Source: Octopus vulgaris (lineage: Eukaryota). From it: a stretch of 64,000 nucleotides of DNA. The stretch is taken from NCBI GenBank assembly GCA_951406725.2, contig OX597842.1:6882001-6946000 (forward strand), given 5' to 3'. Below the pieces are notes generated by a model that saw nothing but the letters and a program-made list of their open reading frames with translations, was not told the DNA's origin and ran no database searches. How positions within the stretch are numbered: the stretch's first letter is position 1; each line of letters opens with the position of its first letter. Shown one piece after another: positions 53,654 through 64,000 of the stretch. The position numbers and the translations under genes were made by a program.

Positions 53654-53693
<40 letters not shown>

Positions 53694-54185
53694 CCAACAT
53701 ATGGAACCATTAATCCAGACACGTTTATTTTTTTCTCTCTCTGTATTTTTCCTCTCCATTTTTTCCCTCGTGTTGAAGAGCACAAATTTGAAATGTCAAA
53801 GACTTCTTCCGTTTTTCTTGAGCATCAAACTAATACACCTTGCTTATTGTTCCTTCACCTGTCTTTTGTTTTTTGTTTTCTGTACATTTGAACCATATAT
53901 ATATAATTACTGGTATCTTTATATATTAATATATTTTATATGTAAAGCATAATATATTATACATGTATGTATATTCTTGTAATTGTCATTTTAGTAAATA
54001 AATAAATAAATAAATAAGAGTTAAAACCCTCATTAGACCACCAATAATAACACTAAAAATAACAACAAAAAACAATAGTATTTGGGCAAATGGATCAAAA
54101 AACTCCTTCACATACCATAGAATGATATATATTTCTTGGTATTAGTATACATGTAGACCAGTTTCTGGTTTGACATAAATCTTAC

Positions 54186-54301
54186 CTTCCTCAGCACGTG
54201 TCAACCATTCCCAAAAAATCTTCCCAACCCACTGCATTGGAATCTGCTGGCCCTCTGAATTGTTTTGTGCCAAATCATAGCAGCTCCAGTGTGAACAGTA
54301 T
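54186..54301 (-). CDS. Candidate internal exon of an unidentified minus-strand gene (YCSHWSCYDLAQNNSEGQQIPMQWVGKIFWEWLTRAEE)
   Basis: Acceptor atttgctctgtatAG, consensus donor AAG|GTAAGA, 116 nt, a single open frame (phase 2-1), non-repetitive. Confidence 0.5.
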
Positions 54302-54604
54302 CTATACAGAGCAAATATTCAGAAGTGAATATTTATATAAATATTATTATTGTTGTTATTATCAAGGGCAATATAAATAATTGGTAATAACAGCAATAAA
54401 AATATAAGTGGTTGCAGGCCTAAATTAGCATTATATAGCCATATAATTAGAATCCTTATCATAAGGGCACACGAATGTGCCTGCCTGCTAGACATAGGAG
54501 TTAAAACCCTCATTAAACCACCAATAATAATACTGAAAATAACAACAGAAAACAACAGTATTCAGGCAAACAGATCAAAAAAAATTCTATATAAATATTC
54601 ACTA

Positions 54605-55095
54605 AGCATGTTTGCACTCCTCACACAAAGACGTATGAGATGGCTTGGGCATGTTAGCCATATGGAAGATGGCAGAATCCCCAAGGACATACTCTACGGA
54701 GAGCTTGCTAGGGGTACTAGGTTTGTGGAAAGACCGTTCTTACATTACAAGGATGTTTGCAAAAGGGACATGAAGGCCTGCAGCATCAATATTAGCAATT
54801 GGGAAGCAGTTGTCAGCAACCGTGGAGATTGGCGACGTACCGTAAAAGAGGGAACACAAAGGCGTGACAGAGGGAGAGAAGAGAAATGGAAAGACAAGAA
54901 AAGACGTCAACATGAAACATTACAACCAGCCAGGAACAGTCTTCGCTACATTTGCAGCACCTGCCAGAGGGAGTGTTTGTCCAGGATAGGACTACACAGC
55001 CACAGCAGGAGATGTATTAGGACATAAAATGTAAAAGCCGGACTAGACTATTTTATGTGCAACTCCATTGTCTCCCGAGACAAAAAGGATACCAA
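54605..55095 (+). mobile_element. RTE/BovB-like LINE 3' fragment with terminal C2HC finger
   Basis: MRWLGHVSHMEDGRIPKDILYGEL..YKDVCKRDMK..CSTCQRECLSRIGLHSHSRRC. Confidence 0.88.
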
Positions 55096-56426
55096 CCAAT
55101 ATTTGCTCCATATATATATTATATCAGTCAACCATTTCGTCAATCGCAGCAACTTCAAAGCTTCACCACTAATTCAGTTCTCAACTAAATTGCAAACTGT
55201 TAATAGTTTTAAAGAGGACACCTCCTCTTTATTATCCTTATTATTGTTAAGTATCCTCTGGGATATTTAACAACTGGTTCAGGAGCATACACACACACAC
55301 ACATACATAGACATATGGCAGGTTTCTTTCAGTTTCCATCTACCAAATCCTCTCCTAAAGCTTTGGTCAGCCTGAGGCTATTGTAGAAAACCTTTACCCA
55401 AGGTGCCAAGTAGGACTGAACCCAGAACTATGTGGTTGCCTGAAAAATGGGAGAATATGTGGCTTTGATAATCTGCATTAAAAATAGCCTAAGTGATTAT
55501 AATAATAATGAAATTATTGTATACAGTGCTCAGGTGCACCACAACTAGTCAAAAGTGCATATAAAGCATATGCAGTAATGTACAAATGTCTGGAAAGCAA
55601 ACAGTGTATGAGTCAGATACATGCTCGCGTGTGTATGGAGGGGAGAAAATCAGGTGTAGTGTTGACGAATCTCAGGAAGCATGGAAGTTTTGAAGGATGT
55701 TGTGCTCTGACAACTAACAACTGAATTATGAAATTCAGGGTTCAGGGGTGTTGTTGGTCTTGTCACAGACAATCTTCTAATGTGGACAACACAATGAAAT
55801 ATATTTAGTCCATCCATGAGGTAAGGTGACTCCTAAAAAGAAGACAATCCAGCCATAAATAGCTTGCCAAAAAATCATAGCATGTCATTGTAGAGATGAA
55901 GATAGATCAGCAGGTTTCTGTTTCTTGTAAGAGTATCAAATGGCATCGACTACGACAGATGACGGATGTATTCAATAAGTGTTGATGATTATCGTGATGA
56001 TGATGAGGAGGAGGAAGATTGTAAATGTTATTTTTTAGATGTAACATTCTAAAGATGAAGTTAATAGTGTGGAAAATTAATATTTTATCAGTGAGACCTC
56101 GGTTTAGATATGCAAACATTTAAGTTAGAGAAGGTGTAAGTAGATCAGATCTGTATCTGTATCTGAGTGAGTGGGCGGTTGTTAAGTGTAGGGTCGGTGG
56201 GGGTGGGCGAGAGTGGAAGTCTGTCATTGAAGAGACATAGCGACATGTTGGGTAGATCAGATTACATTAGTGGGTGGGTGGGTGTATGTGGTGGGGAGAG
56301 AGAGAGAGAGTTGGAACAGGTGTGTGTGAGTATATATGCATATACACAGACATACACATACATATAGATGCTTGCATATATGTGTCTGTGTATTTATATA
56401 TATGTATGAGTGTGTGTATGTGTGTA

Positions 56427-56459
<33 letters not shown>

Positions 56460-56715
56460 GCATATATGTATGTATATATATATATGTATATATATGTATG
56501 TGTTTATGTATATATGTGTGTATATGTATATATACATTTGTATATGTATATATATCTACATACCGGAGTAAACACATAAATGTGAAACAAGGTGGAAAAA
56601 AGAGTACTCAAATACCAGTGGTAGAGTAATATGCTTTATTTTAAGCAGCAGAAAATTCAACAAAATCTGTTACTCTGAGTTTCTCGTTGCCGTTCATCAG
56701 ACAGTTTTTTCTAGC

Positions 56716-56763
56716 AAAAACTGTCTGATGAACGGCAACGAGAAACTCAGAGTAACAGATTTT
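56716..56763 (+). ncRNA. Minimal type I hammerhead ribozyme (mirror copy on - strand at 56662-56709)
   Basis: CTGT-CTGATGA-ACG(GCAA)CGA-GAAA-CTC-A-GAG-TA/ACAG; cleavage after 56754. Confidence 0.75.
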
Positions 56764-56813
56764 GTTGAATTTTCTGCTGCTTAAAATAAAGTATATATCT
56801 ATATATCTATATC

Positions 56814-56849
<36 letters not shown>

Positions 56850-57295
56850 TGTATGTATGTATGTATGTATGTATGTATATATGTGTGTGTGTATGTATAT
56901 AAATGTGTAGAATCTTGCAGCTTCTTTAGGGTCTGTCCATTTGGTTAGTTATGAAACTAGCCAAATGGATACACCCTGAAGAAGCTGCACCAAAAATTGT
57001 GCCAAGTTGCATCTGTAACTACCATAAAGACCATAAAGATATGCTGTATAAAATTGTAAAATTAGAGGAAATAAATTTTGAGGAGGAACAAGTCTCCATG
57101 TTCCAGATTGTTATAGTTATTGTTTGTATATATATCATTTATTTAAAGGACACAATACATGTATTTAAGTGCAACTAATAGTTTCATATGTTGAGAAGTA
57201 CTCAAACATATTCTTCAGGCACAAACCACATATCTTAGTGAAGTAGTAATAGAAGAAACAGAATAAAACTAAGAAGGCAGCATATAGAAAATGCT

Positions 57296-57560
57296 AAAAA
57301 TAAAAGATTACAGTGGATACTAATCCCTCTATAGTTGATTTTTAAAATGTTTTCCTAGATATAAACTCCTCCTCATGTAAACCTTTCCATAAGCCTAATG
57401 AGAAACTTGCATATATACATAAACAGTCTTGTCACCCTTCTGTAATATTTTAAAAACCTGAGAGCTAACATTAGTAACAGAGTGTCTAACCTCACTTTTA
57501 AAAACTTTTCAAGGAAGCTGTCCCCTATTATAACAATGCCCTAGACAATAGTAGCATCAA
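57296..57560 (+). mobile_element. Penelope-like reverse transcriptase C-terminal relic
   Basis: KITVDTNPSIVDF*NVFLDIN..KPFHKPNEKLAYIHKQSCHP..FKEAVPYYNNAL resembles the PLE RT7/thumb region. Confidence 0.75.
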
Positions 57561-58429
57561 AGATAAATTAATATATAATCCCTCTAATGATACTCTTTTA
57601 CTCTTTTACTTGTTTCAGTCATTTGATTGAGGCCATGCTGGAGCACCACCTTGAAGGGTTTTAGTCAACGAAATCAACCTCAGGACTTATTCTTTAAGCC
57701 TAGTACTTATTCTGTCAGATCTTTTGCCAAACCACTAAATTATGGGGACAAAAACCCACCAACACCAGTTGTCAAGTGATGATTGAGAACAAACACAGAC
57801 ACAAAGGCAAACTCACATACACACACATGATGGGCTTCTCTCAGTTTCTGTCTGCCAAATCCTCTCAAGGCTTTGGTCAGCCTGAGGCTATATCAGAAGA
57901 CACTTGCCTAAGGTGCTATACAGTGGGATTGAACCCAGAACCATGTGGTTGGGAAACTTCTTACCACACCTGTGTCTTATAGGTCCTTCCTTTTCCCCTA
58001 TTCATTTGATACTTCTTCCTCCAAAAGAGACTACTGCATTACTCTCTCTGCCACCACCCTTTCATAACTATAAATCTGCTCCTCTCACCTTCTCTCTTCA
58101 CCACAGAAGTGCTAAGGCTGCATCTCCTGGTGAAGAGGATTGGCCTGCAAGAGTCCTGTGCCAGTGCCACATTAAAAGCACTTGTACCTGTGCCTCATAA
58201 AAGCTCTCATGCAGGTGGCATGTTAAAACCACCCAGCACACACTGAAAAGTGTTTGGCTTTAGGGAGGGCATCCAGCTGTAGAAACAATACCAAATCAGA
58301 CTAGAACCTACAGCAGCTTCTCAGCTTCCCTGCTCTGGGCAAACTGTCCAACCCATGCCAGCATGTAAAATAGATGCTGAATGATGATGAGGATGATGAA
58401 ACTAGAGAAAAACCTATTGTGTGTGTGTA

Positions 58430-59234
58430 CAGGGTATGATGGGTAAATTGTTGCCATTTTATATATTTGATTTCGTGCATGTGCATTATTTGTTTTTGAT
58501 TTTGTTACTACACAGTATAGTAGGGTCAGTTGGGCACTGTGAGAAAAACAGCACCATGACACAATTCACTCTGCCAGAAATTTGGAAACAATATGCTGTA
58601 CTGCTTGGCATTTTGCACTGGAAGCTCCAATATGAACATTTGAGAGTATTTGGGTGTCAATCTGAGGACATGTACCAAAAGTGATAAAAATCAAACATCC
58701 AGTCAACATCTTTCCACATGGCCTCAGACTCAACATGGAGGCTTACATCAAGTGCCTGGAGGAGGTAGTTCTGCCCTGAATCAAAATGAGGGTTGCTGAA
58801 AAACCTTATGTCTGGCAACACGTCTCCTCACCATGCTGCACATGTAGGAGAACCCAGTCATGGCTGTCAGACAATATCTGTGACCACACACCCCTTATAT
58901 CTGATTACCTAACTCCCCAGACTGCAACTCCCTTGTTTATTATGTGTGGGGCACAGTTGAGTGAGAAACCAACGAAACTCCTTGTAACACCAAAGATGAA
59001 CTGAAGGAAAGGAATATAGCAGCATTCACCAACTTAAACATGGAGACCATCCAGAAGAGTTGCAGGAGATTCCAAATTCATCTTGAAGCCAATGGCGATT
59101 TTATTGAATAAATTTACTCTTTAGTATTTCAAGATATTCTTATGTAATTTTGGTAAATATGTCTGTTAAAATGGGATGTCGGTGCTACTTTCATTTTTGT
59201 GTAATTTAGAAGACAGTTTATTCACCACACCCTG
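58430..59234 (+). mobile_element. Internally deleted Tc1/mariner (maT/DD37D-like) element with TIRs
   Basis: TIRs CAGGGTATGATGGGTAAATTGT / ACAGTTTATTCACCACACCCTG; YVWQ..S.PCC and PNSPDCNSLVYYVWG motifs. Confidence 0.75.
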
Positions 59235-59791
59235 TTTATATATATAAAATTAATATTCATATTAGGGAAGTTATTTCTGAGTCCACAGGAGAGAGAAGTT
59301 CAATTTAGTGGTACTAAAATGAATTACTCACTGTATTATATACATATATATAGATAGGTTTAAGAGACAGAATCACCCTCAAGCAATTCAATCGTCATCG
59401 TTAACATTTCTTGTTCCTACTTTTATTCCACATTTCTGTTCATTATTTACTAAAGTAAAATTATTCTGACAACTTCTAGTTATATAATTTTAGTTTGTCA
59501 TGTCTTTATATAGCAAAATAAGTTCATATAATCTAGACCTGAAGATTGGCAATATAATCGTATTAATATGGTATTGTATTTCGAGACCTTCTATTTCAAC
59601 AATATCGAGGAATTTGTTGTCATGAAATGCACATAGTCTATATAATGTGAAGTATATGATTTAGAATAAGAATTGAAGGTATTAATTGTAATAATTTTAA
59701 TATTTAGTCCTATATGTACCTATCGTGGATAATGTTGTTCAATGATTATTGAGTTGCTTGAGGATGATTCTCTCTCTCTTAAACCTATCTA

Positions 59792-59839
<48 letters not shown>

Positions 59840-60394
59840 GTGTGGCTGTGTAGTAAGAAATTTGCTTCTCAACTACATGGTTCCAGATTCAGTCCCACTT
59901 CATGGCACTCAGGCAATTGTCTTCTACTATAGCCACAGGCTGGCCAAAGCTTTGTGAGTGGATTTGGTAGACACAAACTGAAAGATCCTTGTCATGTGTG
60001 TGTGTGTGTGTGTGTTTTGTGTTTGTTTGTCCCCTACCACCAATTGACAAGAGTGTTGATGTGTTTAGATCCCTGTAACATAGCAGTTTGGCAAAAGAGA
60101 CCGATAGAATAAGTATCAGGCTTACAAAAAAAATATATAAATAAATACCAGGGTTGATTCATTTGACTAAGAAATTCTTTGTTGTGACGTCCAAGCATGG
60201 CCGCAGTCAAGTGACTGAAACGAGTAAAATAATAAATGAATATATATAAAAGAAGAGGAGTGAGGAAGGGTGAGGCTTTGGTCAACCTGGGACTAAATCA
60301 GAGACTGGCCCAAAGTGCTGCATACTAGAACTGAAAATACATAGGTTCATCCTCATTATCTGCTTTCTATATTGGCATGGGATGTACAGGCTTT

Positions 60395-60669
60395 ATCTCT
60401 CTCTCTCTCTCTCACTATTTGTCTGTATATCTCTCTCTTTTTCTCCCTATTTGTCTCTCTCTTTCTATCTTTATTTCTCTCTCTGTCTCTCTCTCATTCT
60501 CTGTCTCTCTGTCTCTCTCTCATTCTCCGTCTCTCTGTCTCTCTCTCATTCTCTCTTTCTCTCTTTCTTTCTCTCTCTCTCACTATCTATCTATCTATCC
60601 ATCCATCTATCTATCTATCTATCTATCCATCCATCCATCTATCTATCTATCTATCTATCTAATTGTCTG

Positions 60670-60752
<83 letters not shown>

Positions 60753-60757
60753 GTCTG

Positions 60758-60812
<55 letters not shown>

Positions 60813-60824
60813 GTCTTCTGTCTG

Positions 60825-60891
<67 letters not shown>

Positions 60892-60892
60892 C
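60395..60892. repeat. (CT)n + (TATC)n microsatellite
   Basis: Direct inspection. Confidence 0.95.
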
Positions 60893-61016
60893 ATTCTCGA
60901 TATATACACACATTCATTTATATATACAGATATGCATACACATGTGTGTGTGTGTGTTTGGATATAAATACTCTTATAGAAAGCTAATCTGACACTAATG
61001 GACTGATAAACAGAGC

Positions 61017-61059
<43 letters not shown>

Positions 61060-61239
61060 ACACATGGACAGATGCACAGACAGACGCACTGCTAGACAGC
61101 CAGATAAGTTGATAGGCAGTTAGGTATATAATAAGAATGGTAAAAATCATGTTATTGAGCAGGTAAAAAGTTGGTTTGACTTTGAAGAAGTGAATACCTT
61201 TCTGTCACGTGTATATCACAGCTGTAACCCGTTGGCAAT

Positions 61240-62165
61240 GGTGGCGGCGGCGGTGGTGGTGGTGGTGGTGGTTGGTTGTGGTGGTGGTGGTGGTGGTGGT
61301 GATGGTGGTGGTGGTGGTGATGGTGGTGATGGTGGTGGTGATGGTGGTGGTGGTGGTGGTGGTGGTGGTAGGTGGTGGTGGTGGTGGTGGTGGTGGTGGT
61401 GGTGGTGGTGGTGGCGGCGGCGGTGGCGGTGGCGGTGGCGGCGGTGGTGGCGGCGGTGGCGGCGGCGGTGGCGGCGGCGCCGGTGGTGGTGGTGGTGGTG
61501 GTGGTGGTGGTGGTGGTGGTGGTGGCTGATATTGCCATCATCATCATCACCATGTATATCACAGCTGTACAGTATTGGTAGTGGTGGTTGTGGTGGTAGC
61601 TGATATCAACATCACTATCATCATTATCATCATCATCGTCATGGTAATGGTGACTGTTACGGTGATGATGGGGGTGGTAGTGGTAGTAGTTACTAGCTTT
61701 TATCAGCATCACAGTCATCATCATCATCATCATCATTGTGTGTATATCACAGCTGTAACACAATGGTGGTGGTAGTGGTGGTATTTCGTAGCTGTAGGTG
61801 GAATTAGTGATAGCTTGTATCAACATCACTACCACCGTCACCACGACTACTACCACTACCATGACCACTAGCACTGTCACTACCACCACCACCACCACCA
61901 TCATCAACACTACTGCAAGCACGGCCACAACTACTACCACCAACACAATCACTACAACCACCACCTCTACCATCACCTCTACTACTACCACCACCACTAG
62001 CACTGTCACAACCACCTCTGTCACCACTGCAACCACCACATCAACCATCACCACCACCACCACCATTACAACCACCACATCAACCATCACCAACAGCACC
62101 AGCACTATTACCACCATCACCATGACTATTACCACCATCACCATCACTACCATTACCACCACCAT
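61240..62165. repeat. (GGT/GGC)n then (ACC/ACT)n trinucleotide block
   Basis: Direct inspection. Confidence 0.95.
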
Positions 62166-63102
62166 ATCATTGATGGTAATGAAGTATCTGCTCATTGAAT
62201 TAGTATGCAAGTGGCTGAGTATTCCACAGGCAATGTGCCCTTAACATAACTAACAGGTGGAATAAATTAGCATGACACAAGATGTGACAAGGCTCTCTGC
62301 CTTTTGAATTACAAGTACAACTCACCTGAAAAGCTTCTACACAATTTCCATTGACCCAGTTTCACTTACATGTAGGGCCAGATTGAGGCCCTAAGCACTT
62401 ACAAGAGTTTGGTGACCCCATATTTATGTAATTCAAAATATAAACAATAATAAATCATTAAATAAATTTCTATTTCGCACAATGAAACAAAACATGTACA
62501 GGTGTGGCTGTGTAGTAAGTAGCTTGCTTTCCAGCCACATGGTTCCAGGTTCAGTCCCACTGTGCACCATTTTGGGCAAATGTCTTCTACTATAGCCTCA
62601 GGCTGACCAAAGCCTTTTGAGATGGAAACTGAAAGAAGCCTGTCATATGTATGTGTGTATATATATATATAAAGAATAAAAATGTTTTGAATGGTATAAC
62701 AATGCACTATAATACAGACAATCGGCTATATACCTGTTGCATTCTGATATGATATTGTAGTCTGATATGATATTTTGGAATAATATTCCTTCTTCAGATA
62801 TTCTTAGATGGAGTGGCTGCTATAATCAGTTTTCCTACAGCTTTTCTTTTTTCTTTCTTTTGGAAGCATCTCAGCAGTGGTCTCACGAAGCTCCTTCCGG
62901 AATTCCTCATGAGAAGTGTGTGAGGTCGGCCATGTCTCAATCTCGTGTGTGCTGGTACATCTGTAGCACTGCTTCTAAGTTACATATTATACGTGCAGCT
63001 TCCTTTTTTTCCCCTCTTTTTTTTCTCTTCTCTTCTTTTTTTTTGTTATAAACTACAGATGAGCATATTATCAAAAATGAACCTACACGCATCCAGATGT
63101 AT

Positions 63103-63546
63103 CTAAATAATGTATTGATTACCAACCTCCAGCCTGTTGTTAATTTGGGGCCCAAGTCTGTGTATGAGTATAGCTTCCTTAATTCTTAAATTACCCATAT
63201 TTCTTTCATTGGCCTCAATTGTGACTGTTTTGCTTTTGTCGGTGTTCCGGCATCTGTCTAGATGTTTTCTGAAGGAGGAAGCTCTCATGTTCAGATGTTC
63301 TTTGATGCAGATGTGTAATGGTCTTGTTGTGCTACCCACATAGAACTTGTTGCATTTGTTACATTGTATTCTATACACAACATTAACCCGTTGGTATAAA
63401 TCTGTATCACGGATGGGACAGTTTGTTAGCAGGCATTGATTGTTGTCCCTTATTTGTTTCTTTGCGAGGTGTCTTCTCAGAGAGGGGCCAGAGTGGGCTA
63501 GTTGTATGTCTAGCCCTTCTCTTTTTATGGCTCTTTGGATGGATAT

Positions 63547-63550
<4 letters not shown>
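63103..63550 (-). mobile_element. Penelope-like element 3' part, GIY-YIG endonuclease
   Basis: NVVYRIQCNKCNKFYVGSTTRPLHICIKEH..LRIKEAILIHRLGPQINNR; 5'-truncated at a (TA)n tract. Confidence 0.9.
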
Positions 63551-63594
<44 letters not shown>

Positions 63595-63759
63595 CCAAAG
63601 TGTATGTACACTGGTATATGTTTTATATATAAAAAATACAAAATGGGACAAGAATGTAAAACATCCATCGTGTCTCTGGATGTTTTGTTGTCCTTTTTTT
63701 TGTATCACCTAACTATCTGGATGTTTTGCATTCTTGTCCCATTTTGGATTTTTTATATA

Positions 63760-63790
<31 letters not shown>

Positions 63791-64000
63791 AAACAACCAA
63801 TAATATGTATGAAGAAAATCATATCTTTATTATAGATCACACCTTAAAAATTCAATAATTGTTTCAATTGCATTAACATATATATATATATCACCGTGAC
63901 CGCCCAGGCTATCAGATGTTGCTACACATCGCTGGTCACAATGCACTTCACATTGTTTTAGCCTTCAAATGACGCCACCCCGCTGGCTAGGCGAGCTGCA

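Noticed and set aside
54010-54590. Hydrophobic minus-strand frame (IIIGGLM) suggesting a mitochondrial insertion
   Set aside because: No convincing match to ND6/ND4/ATP6 by eye; treated as an unclassified repeat. BLASTN against a mitogenome would settle it.
59538-59590. CTGAAGA followed by a hairpin and GAGA
   Set aside because: No GAAA and no credible stems I/III; too degenerate to call a hammerhead.
61152-62210. 352-aa minus-strand ORF; its AG|GTATTC site is phase-compatible with exon 54301
   Set aside because: Homopolymeric trinucleotide translation with no recognisable domain or acceptor.

Overview
AT-rich, intron-dominated animal genomic DNA. The repeat landscape (tRNA-derived SINEs, RTE LINEs, Penelope-like elements, huge microsatellites) suggests a cephalopod, probably Octopus; this is an inference. 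The one well-supported gene is a MEI1 (meiosis inhibitor 1) homologue on the + strand. Six phase-compatible GT-AG exons between 5645 and 30326 encode about 309 N-terminal residues; no later exons could be confidently found. Almost all other listed ORFs are microsatellite or SINE artefacts. Mobile DNA includes mariner, Tc1 and maT-like relics, piggyBac-like TTAA MITEs, RTE and Tx1-like LINE pieces, and Penelope-like GIY-YIG/RT fragments. The most striking signal is RNA-level. A ~310-350 bp tandem repeat in MEI1 intron 3 (12920-13994) carries type I hammerhead ribozyme motifs spaced 347 nt apart, i.e. a non-LTR retrozyme-like array. Several further minimal hammerhead motifs occur, three sets as back-to-back inverted pairs, along with many long foldback palindromes abutting (TA)n tracts. 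All protein and RNA family assignments are by eye, from remembered motifs, with no database search.
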